64,000 nt of DNA from positions 221,628 to 285,627 of the forward strand of contig NZ_JASGKN010000001.1 in NCBI RefSeq assembly GCF_047600565.1, read 5' to 3'. The stretch's first letter is position 1, and every line of letters starts with the position of its first letter. Positions 47,361-56,064 of the stretch are shown here, piece after piece. This DNA comes from Gordonia sp. (in: high G+C Gram-positive bacteria) (GTDB lineage Bacteria; Actinomycetota; Actinomycetes; Mycobacteriales; Mycobacteriaceae). The notes beneath the pieces were generated by a model. That model worked only from the letters and a program-made list of their open reading frames with translations, did no database searches and was not told where the DNA came from. A program made the translations under genes and the position numbers.

Positions 47361-49366
47361 GCCTTCGATGTTCCCAGCGATGCCGCCGATTCGCCGAACA
47401 GCAGATACTCCTGGTGCACGGCGCGGGTGGTCAGTCGCGGGGTGAAACGGTGGCCCAGTTCGGCGATGTCGCCGAGCGCGGTGCTCACCCGGTGCGGGCG
47501 CTTGACGATCGCCCGCAGCACCCGGCTCGCGGCCTTGTCGGCGCTCCAGACGCCGCTGGCCCGGTTGTAGCCGCCGGTCGGCGCGATCATCGGGGTCCGC
47601 ACCAGCGGCAGCCGCACATTGCTGAAGGTGACGTGATCGGACAGGGTTTCGGCGGCCGTCACATCGGCGAACGCCTCCAGTGCCGCCTTCGACGCGGTGT
47701 ACGCGGCGAACCGGGCGCCGCGCGACTGGACCGCCATCGACGACACGTTCACGATGTGCCCGCACTGCCGCTCGATCATGTGCGGCAGCACGGCCAGCGT
47801 GAGGTCGACCGCCCCGAAGTAGTTGATGGCCATCACACGCCGATAGTCGTGGGCGCGGTCGACGGAGTTGACGGTGGCGCGGCGGATGGAACGGCCGGCG
47901 TTGTTGACCAGAACGTCGATGTGGTCGTGTTCGGCGATGATCGCCTTGACCAGCGTCTGTGCGGCCGACTCGTCGGCGAGATCGGCGGGATAGGCGTATG
48001 CGGCCCCGAGTGGCAACCCGTCCTTGGGCGTCTCACCGGAGAGCTCGTCGACGGTCTCGGCCAGTTTCTCGGCGTCGCGGGCCACCAGCATGACGTTCGC
48101 GCCGCGCTCCACACACATGCGGGCGGTCGCCTTGCCGATGCCCGACGATCCGCCGGTGATCACGATGTTCTTTCCGACCAGCGGCCCGCGCGGGTCGCGG
48201 CGGCGGTACCGGGCCGGGTTCAGGTGCTCCCGCCAATACGTCCACAGCCGCGGTACGTAGCCGTCGAAGTCGGGCAGCGTCACGCCCAGCGAACCCAGCA
48301 CCCGGGTGGTGGTGTCGGCGCGGAAGTCGACCGGCAGCGACACCACGTCGAGCATCACCGGCGGAATGCCCAGCTGTTCCACGATGAGGTCCCGGCCGTA
48401 ACGGACCGGGCCGTGTCCGGTCGCGTCGACCAGAGGCCGCACGAGGGCGCTCGGCACCGCATCGAAGCCGCGCGGGGCCCCGTACGCCGGGGCGAGCGCA
48501 TTGAACAGGTCGGTGGTGGTGCGGTGGACCGGGTCGGACAGATGGAACACCAGATCGCTCACCTCGGGCCGATGGACGGCGAGCGCGACCAGTGCGTCGG
48601 CGACGAAGTCGACCGGCACCATGTTCACCCGCCCCAGGTCGGGCATCGGCAGCCGCAGGAACGACGGCAGCTTCCGGAACTCCGACAGCAGGCCGAAGAA
48701 GAAGTACGGGCCGTCGAGCTTGTCCATCTCCCCGGTCGCCGAATCGCCCACGACCGCCGACGGCCGGTACACGCGCCAGCGGAGCCCCGGTGTCTCGCGC
48801 ACCGCCTTCTCCGCCTCGAACTTGGTCTGGTGATAGGCGGTGGGGAAGCCCTGGCCGCGATCGAAATCGTTCTCGGTGAACACCCCGTCGAAGTCACCGG
48901 CCACGGCGATCGACGACACGTGATGCATCATCGCGTCGTGGGCGGCGGCGAACTCGGCGACACGGCGGGTCCCGTCGACGTTGGGGCCGCGCTGCTGCGC
49001 GTCGCCGACGGTGAGGTCGTAGATCGCGCCGAGGTGGACGACGTGATCGATACGCTCCCCGCTCTCCGCGTCTGTCGCCTCTCCGCTCCTCGAGTCTGCC
49101 GACTCTCCGCTCCTTGAGTCTGCCGGCTCTCCGCTCCTTGAGCCTGTCGAAAGGAGTCCCAGCCCGTCCTCGGTCAGGTCGCCGACGACCGTGCGCACCG
49201 CACCGGAGTCGGCATGGCCGATGTCCTCGAGCAGCCCGGCGAACGCGGGCAGGGAGGCCGACCGCACCAGGGCGATCACCCGGTTGTCGTCGTCGGCGAG
49301 AAGGCGTTCCAGGACGCGGCGACCGATGAAGCCGGTCGCGCCGGTCACGAAGTAGGTCGTGGTCAT
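47357..49366 (-). CDS. Two-domain SDR: N-terminal extended-SDR reductase + C-terminal classical SDR (AcrA1/Rv3391-like fatty acyl-CoA reductase)
   Basis: FVTGATGFIGRRVLERLL at the N-terminus and NIVITGGSSGIGKATA around aa 395. 669 aa. An in-frame repeat insertion reads SRSGEPADSRSGESADSRSGEATD. Confidence 0.8.
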   Translation of the reverse strand: MTTTYFVTGATGFIGRRVLERLLADDDNRVIALVRSASLPAFAGLLEDIGHADSGAVRTVVGDLTEDGLGLLSTGSRSGEPADSRSGESADSRSGEATDAESGERIDHVVHLGAIYDLTVGDAQQRGPNVDGTRRVAEFAAAHDAMMHHVSSIAVAGDFDGVFTENDFDRGQGFPTAYHQTKFEAEKAVRETPGLRWRVYRPSAVVGDSATGEMDKLDGPYFFFGLLSEFRKLPSFLRLPMPDLGRVNMVPVDFVADALVALAVHRPEVSDLVFHLSDPVHRTTTDLFNALAPAYGAPRGFDAVPSALVRPLVDATGHGPVRYGRDLIVEQLGIPPVMLDVVSLPVDFRADTTTRVLGSLGVTLPDFDGYVPRLWTYWREHLNPARYRRRDPRGPLVGKNIVITGGSSGIGKATARMCVERGANVMLVARDAEKLAETVDELSGETPKDGLPLGAAYAYPADLADESAAQTLVKAIIAEHDHIDVLVNNAGRSIRRATVNSVDRAHDYRRVMAINYFGAVDLTLAVLPHMIERQCGHIVNVSSMAVQSRGARFAAYTASKAALEAFADVTAAETLSDHVTFSNVRLPLVRTPMIAPTGGYNRASGVWSADKAASRVLRAIVKRPHRVSTALGDIAELGHRFTPRLTTRAVHQEYLLFGESAASLGTSKA
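49057..49156. repeat. 24-bp x 4 tandem array ending in a full arm of the 25-nt palindromic element, in frame inside the reductase gene
   Basis: Units begin at 49057 (degenerate), 49081, 49105 and 49129: ctccgctcct[c/t]gagtctgccg[a/g]ct. The last unit runs into cgctccttgagcctgtcgaaaggag (49132-49156). Confidence 0.9.
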
Positions 49367-49528
49367 TGCGACAGATTCTCACAGATGTCCCTACTGGCGG
49401 GTGCGATACGTGCGGTCGGTGCGCTTTATGAGGTATGTCGTGCCTGGTGAACAGCTGTTTTCGTGATCGGAGACGAGTAGCCTGGTGGCGTCTGCAGGGT
49501 CGGGGAACACGAAACGGAAGGACCTTCG

Positions 49529-50071
49529 ATGTCACCGAACCGTATGCGGAAACTGCTTCTCACCGCCGGGGCCGGCGCCGCCGTCGTGGCGATCGCCGTG
49601 GGATCCGGTCCGGCCGCCGCCGCGACCCGCGCGACGATCACCGAACCGCGCAACGACTACACGCTGCCGTACCTGGACTCGGTCCGCGCGACCGTCGACG
49701 TCGACGCGGCTGCCGGTCATCTGCGCGTGACCATCGCCCATCGCGGGATCCGGCCGCCGCAGGAGATCGGTTGGCGCTACTACACCGAAGGCGTGGTCTT
49801 GCGGAGCGGTGCCTCCGACTCGTCTCCCGGCATCCAGTTGAGTTATGGACGTCAGCCCATGAACGGCAAGACCTCGCAGGCTCTCGTCGACGGTCCGAAC
49901 GGTCAGGTCAGGGTGCCCGTGAACGTGGTCGAGAACGGTTCGTCGACCACCTACACGGTGAACTCCGCGGCCTTGAAGACGCTGAATCCGCACTATCTGT
50001 CCGGCTGGACGAGCGATGGAATCCTCGGTCTGCCGGCCTTGTCGGACACCATGCCGCGGAAACGCTTCTGA
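49529..50071 (+). CDS. Secreted hypothetical protein
   Basis: Signal peptide MSPNRMRKLLLTAGAGAAVVAIAVGSGPAAAA. Shine-Dalgarno GGAAGGA. No family recognised. Confidence 0.55.
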   Translation: MSPNRMRKLLLTAGAGAAVVAIAVGSGPAAAATRATITEPRNDYTLPYLDSVRATVDVDAAAGHLRVTIAHRGIRPPQEIGWRYYTEGVVLRSGASDSSPGIQLSYGRQPMNGKTSQALVDGPNGQVRVPVNVVENGSSTTYTVNSAALKTLNPHYLSGWTSDGILGLPALSDTMPRKRF

Positions 50072-50075
50072 GCAC

Positions 50076-50492
50076 ATGACGTTCCGGGCCGCGACGGTCG
50101 ACGACGTCCACGAACTGGCCGCCGCGATGCCGCATGTGACCGTCGTCCACGGTGGGCAGGGCAACCCCGTCTACCAGGTGGGTGGGAAGTCGTTCGTCTT
50201 CTTCCGCACTCCGCGACCAGATGCCTGTGATCCTGTGTCAGGAGAGAAGTACGACGACGTGATCGTGTTCTGGGTCGAATCCGATGAGACGAAAGCCGCC
50301 CTGGTCTCCGATCCGGCGTCGCCGTACTTCACCACGTCGCACTTCGATGGCCACCCGTCCGTGCTGGTGCGTGCCTCCCGGTTGGGTGAGATCGGCCGGG
50401 ACGAACTCGCCGAGGTCGTCGCCGACGCGTGGCTGTCGCGAGCATCGACGCGTCGCGGTGCGCAGTGGCTGCAGGAACAGGGGCTGACGTAG
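50076..50492 (+). CDS. MmcQ/YjbR-like protein
   Basis: 138 aa from MTFRAATVDDVHELAAAMPHV. Contains the KSFVFF and FTTSHFDGHPSVLV pattern, which resembles the YjbR family from memory. Confidence 0.5.
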   Translation: MTFRAATVDDVHELAAAMPHVTVVHGGQGNPVYQVGGKSFVFFRTPRPDACDPVSGEKYDDVIVFWVESDETKAALVSDPASPYFTTSHFDGHPSVLVRASRLGEIGRDELAEVVADAWLSRASTRRGAQWLQEQGLT

Positions 50493-50521
50493 GGCGGTCC
50501 GACGCTCTGAATCGAGTCTGT

Positions 50522-50546
50522 GGGAGCGTCCTGTCGCAGGACTCCC
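50522..50546 (+). terminator. Candidate stem-loop terminator after the YjbR-like gene
   Basis: gggag-c-gtcctg-tcg-caggac-tccc gives an 11-bp stem with one bulge. Confidence 0.45.
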
Positions 50547-50648
50547 CGGTTCCCTCAATACCCTCCAAAGTTCCGGCTGAAACGTTGGAGTAATCCCCTC
50601 CCCGGCCGGGCTGGAAATTGTCGTAGGCCTGCGTAAACTAGAAGGCAG

Positions 50649-50664
50649 TCGAACACATGTTCTA
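50649..50664. promoter_or_regulatory. LexA (SOS) box upstream of the second HNH gene
   Basis: TCGAAC-acat-GTTCTA has one mismatch to TCGAAC-N4-GTTCGA. It lies 24 nt upstream of ATG 50688. Confidence 0.7.
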
Positions 50665-50687
50665 GTCAACGAAAAGGGGGTGTGGGC

Positions 50688-52331
50688 ATGAGTCGACGCA
50701 AGCACTCACGAAGCCCGAAACGCTGGCGCGATGCCGACCTCACACCCCTGGGTTTAGGGCCTGTACCGGACGGGCTGTCCGATCATGACGCTGACGTGGC
50801 GGCGATCAATCAGCTCGTGGCGGCGTGTGCGGGTGAGTCGTATCTGGTGTGGCGGCGCCTGAACGCGGTTGCCGACCTCCTCGAACGACGAGCCCCTGTT
50901 GATCCGGCAACCGCGGAGGATTCGGTCGAGTTCACCCGTTTATGTGACCCGCGTACGAAGCTGGCCACCAGTATTGCCACCACCTTGGCGGTCAGCACGT
51001 ATCTGGCCGAGAAACTGGTGACCGAGGGCGAAGCGCTGCGCCATCGCCTCCCACACACCGGCGTGTTGTTGCGAGACGGGGTCTTGAGTCCCCGGGCGTT
51101 CTCTGCGGTGGTGTTCGAGACCACCGCCGTGATCGACACGGCCTTGATGGTGCAGATCGATCATCGGATCGCCGACGACATCACTGCCTCCGGTGTGCGC
51201 ACCGTGACTGCCGTGGCTGATCTCGCCCGCCGGATCGTCGCGGACGTTGATGCCGAAGCAGCCCGCGCCGAACGCGAAGCGGCCAAGAAGTCGGCCGGAG
51301 TGGTGAGCTACCCGATCCGCGGAGGGATGGCGGTTCTGGAAATCACCGATACCGCAGAACGTGTTGCGGTCATGGACGCCGCGATCACCGCCGCATCCCA
51401 GAAGACCGACGAGACTGACACCCGCAGTAGTGGGCGCCGCCGCGCCGATGCCGCCTTCGACTTGTTGACCGGGGACGGCACTGGACCCGGTTCCCGGATC
51501 GTCGTGAACGTCATCACCGACGGATCCACGCTTGAGGGCGGGGACACACCCGGGCACCTCGACGGGCACGGAACCATCTCCGCCGACCACGTCCGCGACA
51601 TCGCGTCGACGCCCGGCACCGTCGTGCGGCCCCTCGACCTGACGCGGCTCGCTGATCACACTGCTCAGGCGGCAGATCCGTACCGGCCGACCGCCCTGCT
51701 GGACACGGTGGTGCGCGGTTTGTTCGGAACCTGCACCTGGCCGGGTTGTTCACGCCCCGCCTCACGGTGCCAGCTCGATCACGTCACCGAATACAACCAC
51801 CAGAACCCTGATGCGGGTGGTGCGACGTGTTGGTGCAACCTCAACCCCAAATGCGTCTTCCACCACCAGATCAAAACCTTCGCCGACGGATTCCTCGACG
51901 ACCAGGTCATCGACGCCCACGGCCAGATCTGGACCGAAATCACCACCCCAGAAGGATTCACCACCCGAACCCGGGCAGCCAACACCTGGCTGTTGCCTGG
52001 TTTGGGGTTGATTCCCTGTAGGCATGGACCACCCCAGGATCTCCTTTCGACAGGCTCAAGGAGCGTTCAGCCCCGCTCCTTGAGCGTGCGGTGCCCTGAG
52101 CATGCGTGGCGGAGCTTGCTCCGACACGCGGTCGAAGGGTCGAAAGGAGTCGAACCCACCCGCGCCCGTACTCGCACGGAGGCCAAACACGCCTACCGGA
52201 TGCAGCTGCGCGCTCAGAACCGGCGAGCTCGCTTCGACAGGCTCAACGAGCGGACGAACCAGCTCAACGAGCGAACCGATGAGCCGGCGACTCGCACGGC
52301 ATTCGCCGACGACGGACCACCACCGTTCTGA
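50688..52331 (+). CDS. DUF222 + HNH endonuclease-domain protein (REP13E12-like), full-length copy
   Basis: Paralog of 2-1525, with about 20 substitutions over about 400 aligned residues by my manual count. Same HNH cluster. ATG 50688 is preferred over GTG 50682 because of spacing from the GGGGG Shine-Dalgarno sequence. Confidence 0.85.
   Translation: MSRRKHSRSPKRWRDADLTPLGLGPVPDGLSDHDADVAAINQLVAACAGESYLVWRRLNAVADLLERRAPVDPATAEDSVEFTRLCDPRTKLATSIATTLAVSTYLAEKLVTEGEALRHRLPHTGVLLRDGVLSPRAFSAVVFETTAVIDTALMVQIDHRIADDITASGVRTVTAVADLARRIVADVDAEAARAEREAAKKSAGVVSYPIRGGMAVLEITDTAERVAVMDAAITAASQKTDETDTRSSGRRRADAAFDLLTGDGTGPGSRIVVNVITDGSTLEGGDTPGHLDGHGTISADHVRDIASTPGTVVRPLDLTRLADHTAQAADPYRPTALLDTVVRGLFGTCTWPGCSRPASRCQLDHVTEYNHQNPDAGGATCWCNLNPKCVFHHQIKTFADGFLDDQVIDAHGQIWTEITTPEGFTTRTRAANTWLLPGLGLIPCRHGPPQDLLSTGSRSVQPRSLSVRCPEHAWRSLLRHAVEGSKGVEPTRARTRTEAKHAYRMQLRAQNRRARFDRLNERTNQLNERTDEPATRTAFADDGPPPF
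52041..52149. repeat. Palindromic mini-element, variant copy at the same codon position of the second HNH gene
   Basis: The left arm ctcctttcgacaggctcaaggagcg (52041-52065) is identical to the copy-1 arm. The right arm is split into cgctccttgagc (52074-52085) and tcgaaaggag (52140-52149) by unrelated sequence. Confidence 0.8.
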
Positions 52332-52332
52332 G

Positions 52333-52361
52333 ATGGGTTGGCACTGAATCATGGGTTGGCA
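52333..52361 (+). repeat. Duplicated dnaE2 start: ATGGGTTGGCA twice, 18 nt apart
   Basis: The first copy (52333-52343) opens a mini-ORF ATG GGT TGG CAC TGA (MGWH-stop). The second copy (52351-52361) is the real dnaE2 start, MGWHNGP. Confidence 0.9.
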
Positions 52362-55300
52362 TAACGGGCCGCTGAACTGGTCGGAGATGGAGCGGGTGCT
52401 CTCCGGCCGGCCGCCCACGCCCAGGGAACTCGCCAGGCCCTATCTGCCGGGTGGTGACGGCGGGGATTCGCCGGCCTGGTCGCGCAAGCGGGGAGCCTTC
52501 CAGCCGGAGGATGTGCAGCCGGTGGCATCGTCCATCGACTACGCCGAACTCCATGCGCACAGCGCCTACAGCTTTCTCGACGGCGCCTCACTGCCCGAGG
52601 AGATGGTGACCGAAGCGCGCCGCCTGGGCCTGACGGCGCTCGCACTCACCGACCACGACGGCTTCTACGGGGTGGTGCGGTTTGCTGAAGCGGCCCGCGA
52701 ATACGGCCTGCCTACCGTCTTCGGTGCCGAACTCTCCCTCCAGCGAGACTCGGCCAGAGCCGGTTCCGTGGACCCTCCCGGCGAACATCTGCTGGTCCTC
52801 GCCAAAGACGCCGAAGGCTACCGGCGACTGTCCCGGGTGATCGCCGACGCGCACATGAGCGGCGGCGCCAAAGGGCTGCTGCGCTACGACCACGATCTGC
52901 TCACCTCGTCGGCGGCCGGGCACTGGCTGATCCTCACCGGCTGCCGCAAAGGGGTGGTGCGCCGGGCGCTGGCCCGCGGCGGCATCACCGCGGCGCGGGC
53001 CGCACTCGGCGATCTGGTGCAGCGGTTCGGCCGGGAGACGGTGATCGTCGAACTGACCGCCGACGGCGGATCCGGCGACGACGAACGCAATGCGATCCTG
53101 GCCGGTCTGGCCGCCGAGTTCTCGCTGCCGGCGGTCGCGACCACCGGCGCCCACTTCTCCGGACCGCATCGCCGTCGCCTGGCCCAGGCCGTCGCCGCGA
53201 TACGGGCCCGCACCGACATCGACACCATCGCCGGCTGGCTGCCCGGCATCGGGGGCTCCCATCTGCGCAGCGGCGACGAGATGGTGCGTCTGCTGCCGGC
53301 GCACCGCGACGCCGTCGAGAACGCCGCCGGCATCGCCGCCGACTGCGCGTTCTCCCTGGAACTGATCGCCCCGAACCTTCCGCCGTTCGACGTCCCCGAC
53401 GGGCACACCGAGGCGAGCTGGCTGCGGCACCTGACCGAGGAGGGGGCACGCCGGCGCTACGGCACCCGCGAAGAGCGACCGGATGCCTACCGGCAGATCG
53501 AGCACGAGCTGAACGTCATCGAGACGCTCACCTTCCCCGGCTACTTCCTGGTGGTCCACGACATCGTCAGGTTCTGCAAGAAGAACGACATCCTGTGTCA
53601 GGGCCGGGGGAGCGCGGCGAACTCGGCGGTCTGTTACGCCCTCGGCGTCACCAACGTCGACCCGATCGCCAACCACCTGCTCTTCGAACGGTTCCTCGCC
53701 CCGGAACGGGACGGACCGCCGGACATCGACGTCGACATCGAATCCGACCGCCGGGAGGAGGCGATCCAATACGTCTACAGCCGGCACGGCCGTGAGTTCA
53801 GTGCGCAGGTCGCCAACGTCATCACCTACCGGGGACGGTCGGCGATCCGCGACTCCGCGCGGGCCCTCGGCTACGACCCCGGTCAGCAGGACGCGTGGAG
53901 CAAAGTGCCCGATTCGGCGCCCGACGACGTCCGTGCCATGGCCGCCGAGATCGCCTCCCTGCCCCGCCATCTGGGTATCCACTCCGGGGGCATGGTGATC
54001 TGCGACCGGCCGATCGCCGACGTCTGCCCGACCGAATGGGCGCGGATGGAGGGCCGCAGCGTCCTGCAATGGGACAAGGACGACTGTGCGTCCGTGGGCC
54101 TGGTCAAGTTCGATCTGCTGGGCCTCGGCATGCTCTCGGCGCTGCACTACGCGATCGACCTGGTGGCGCAGCACAAGGGCCTCGACGTCGACCTGGCGAC
54201 CCTGGACCTGTCCGAACAGGCCGTCTACGACATGCTGTGCCGCGCCGACTCGGTGGGCGTGTTCCAGGTGGAGTCGCGGGCACAGATGGCGACGCTGCCG
54301 AGGCTCAAACCGCAGAAATTCTACGACCTGGTGGTGGAGGTGGCGCTGATCCGTCCCGGACCGATCCAGGGAGGATCGGTGCACCCGTACATCCGCCGCC
54401 GCAACGGGCACGAGGATTCGGACGTCGAGCATTCGTCGATGGAGAATGCGCTCGGCCGCACTCTGGGCATTCCGCTGTTCCAGGAACAGCTCATGCAGCT
54501 GGCCGTCGACGTCGCCGGATTCGACACCGCGGAGGCCGACCAGTTGCGGCGGGCCATGGGATCCAAACGATCGCCGGAGAAGATGGAGCGTCTCCGGGCC
54601 CGCTTCTACGAAGGGATGGCCGCCACCCACGGCATCACCGGCGACATGGCCGATCGGGTCTACGAGAAGATGGCGGCCTTCGCCAACTTCGGTTTCCCGG
54701 AAAGCCATTCACAGAGCTTCGCGTCACTGGTGTTCTATTCGGCCTGGTTCAAGCTGCATCATCCGGCGGCGTTCTGCGCGGCACTGCTGCGGGCGCAGCC
54801 GATGGGCTTCTACTCCCCGCAGTCCCTGGTGGCCGACGCGCGCCGGCACGGGGTGGTGGTGCACCACCCGGACATCAACTCCTCGCTGGTGCACGCGAAC
54901 CTGGAGAACGCGGGACTCGAGGTGCGAATCGGTCTGGGCGCGATCAAAGGCCTGGGCGAGGCCGGTGCGCAGCGAATCGTCGACGATCGGGAACGGCGCG
55001 GACCGTACGCCGGCGTCACCGACCTGTCGCGGCGAGCCGAGCTGACCGGCACCCAACTGGAGGCACTCGCCACCGCGGGCGCGTTCGGATCACTCGGGCT
55101 CGATCGGCGGTCGGCGTTGTGGGAGGCGGGGGCGGCAGCCGGCCTGCGCGAAGACCAGTTGGAGGCAGTGTCCCCGCGCGGGGCGCCGGCACTGCCCGGG
55201 ATGAGCGAGGTGGAACTGGCGGCGGTCGACGCCATGTCGACGGGCATCACCCCGCACACCTACCCGACGCAGTACCTGCGTCCCCGCCTGGACGCGATGG

Positions 55301-55614
55301 GGGTGACCCCCGCCGACCGGCTGCTGTCGGTGCCCGACGGGACCCGCGTGACGGTCGGGGGAGCGGTCACCCATCGTCAACGCCCGGCCACCGCGTCCGG
55401 CGTCACCTTCGTGAACCTCGAAGACGAGACCGGGATGGTGAACGTCGTCTGCTCGGTGGGACTGTGGTCGCGGTACCGAAAACTCGCCCAGACCGCGTCG
55501 GCACTGCTGATCCGCGGAAAAGTGCAGAACGCGGAAGGCGCGGTGACCGTCGTCGCCGACCGTCTGCAGCGACTCGACCTCCGCGTCGGCACACGATCGC
55601 GGGACTGGTGCTGA
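52351..55614 (+). CDS. dnaE2: Error-prone DNA polymerase DnaE2 (ImuC)
   Basis: PHP domain YAELHAHSAYSFLDGAS. 1087 aa. Pol III alpha core motifs GRGSAANSAVCYALGVT and IDVDIESDRRE. Confidence 0.95.
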   Translation: MGWHNGPLNWSEMERVLSGRPPTPRELARPYLPGGDGGDSPAWSRKRGAFQPEDVQPVASSIDYAELHAHSAYSFLDGASLPEEMVTEARRLGLTALALTDHDGFYGVVRFAEAAREYGLPTVFGAELSLQRDSARAGSVDPPGEHLLVLAKDAEGYRRLSRVIADAHMSGGAKGLLRYDHDLLTSSAAGHWLILTGCRKGVVRRALARGGITAARAALGDLVQRFGRETVIVELTADGGSGDDERNAILAGLAAEFSLPAVATTGAHFSGPHRRRLAQAVAAIRARTDIDTIAGWLPGIGGSHLRSGDEMVRLLPAHRDAVENAAGIAADCAFSLELIAPNLPPFDVPDGHTEASWLRHLTEEGARRRYGTREERPDAYRQIEHELNVIETLTFPGYFLVVHDIVRFCKKNDILCQGRGSAANSAVCYALGVTNVDPIANHLLFERFLAPERDGPPDIDVDIESDRREEAIQYVYSRHGREFSAQVANVITYRGRSAIRDSARALGYDPGQQDAWSKVPDSAPDDVRAMAAEIASLPRHLGIHSGGMVICDRPIADVCPTEWARMEGRSVLQWDKDDCASVGLVKFDLLGLGMLSALHYAIDLVAQHKGLDVDLATLDLSEQAVYDMLCRADSVGVFQVESRAQMATLPRLKPQKFYDLVVEVALIRPGPIQGGSVHPYIRRRNGHEDSDVEHSSMENALGRTLGIPLFQEQLMQLAVDVAGFDTAEADQLRRAMGSKRSPEKMERLRARFYEGMAATHGITGDMADRVYEKMAAFANFGFPESHSQSFASLVFYSAWFKLHHPAAFCAALLRAQPMGFYSPQSLVADARRHGVVVHHPDINSSLVHANLENAGLEVRIGLGAIKGLGEAGAQRIVDDRERRGPYAGVTDLSRRAELTGTQLEALATAGAFGSLGLDRRSALWEAGAAAGLREDQLEAVSPRGAPALPGMSEVELAAVDAMSTGITPHTYPTQYLRPRLDAMGVTPADRLLSVPDGTRVTVGGAVTHRQRPATASGVTFVNLEDETGMVNVVCSVGLWSRYRKLAQTASALLIRGKVQNAEGAVTVVADRLQRLDLRVGTRSRDWC

Positions 55615-55627
55615 CAGACTGGCGGTC

Positions 55628-55855
55628 ATGACCGAGACGGTGACGGTGCTGGTGAAGCCCAACAGCAAGAAGGGCCCACTGGTCGATCACGGCGACGACG
55701 GTGTGCTCACCGTCTACGTGCGCGAACCGGCGACCGAAGGCAAAGCCAACAAGGCCGTCGGTCTCCTGCTCGCCAAGCACTTCGGCGTACCCAAGTCGAC
55801 GGTCGAACTGGTCGGCGGAGCCACCAGCCGGCACAAGCGGTTCCGGATCGGCTGA
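55628..55855 (+). CDS. DUF167 (YggU-like) small protein
   Basis: VKPNSKKG...VREPATEGKANKAV...VELVGGATSRHKRFRI matches the UPF0235/DUF167 pattern. Confidence 0.8.
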   Translation: MTETVTVLVKPNSKKGPLVDHGDDGVLTVYVREPATEGKANKAVGLLLAKHFGVPKSTVELVGGATSRHKRFRIG

Positions 55856-55898
55856 GGTCGGCTGCGGCACCGGCGCCGGTCCGGCAGAATCGGCCGGA

Positions 55899-56046
55899 GG
55901 CGGACGGTGCGAGAGGGATCGAGGATCCGTCTCAGGGGCTACCCCTGGGTACATGAACGGTTCGGCATCGCGTCGCGCGCAGCCGGGCACACTTCGTGTG
56001 CTGCACTGCGCGCCGAAGACGACAAGTCGTGGTCGCACCGTCCGCC
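55899..56046 (+). ncRNA. Candidate retron msr-msd non-coding RNA bounded by a1/a2 inverted repeats
   Basis: a1 GGCGGACGGTGCGA (55899-55912) and a2 TCGCACCGTCCGCC (56033-56046) are perfect reverse complements. Inside are three hairpins: 55916-55928, 55933-55947, and a long interrupted one at 55975-56013. The RT reading frame starts 19 nt downstream. Confidence 0.55.
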
Positions 56047-56064
56047 ACCGACCGAAAGGGACAC

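Noticed and set aside
49057-49156. Possible CRISPR array, given the regularly spaced short repeats
   Set aside because: The units are contiguous with no spacers, they lie in frame inside a conserved reductase gene, and no cas genes are nearby.
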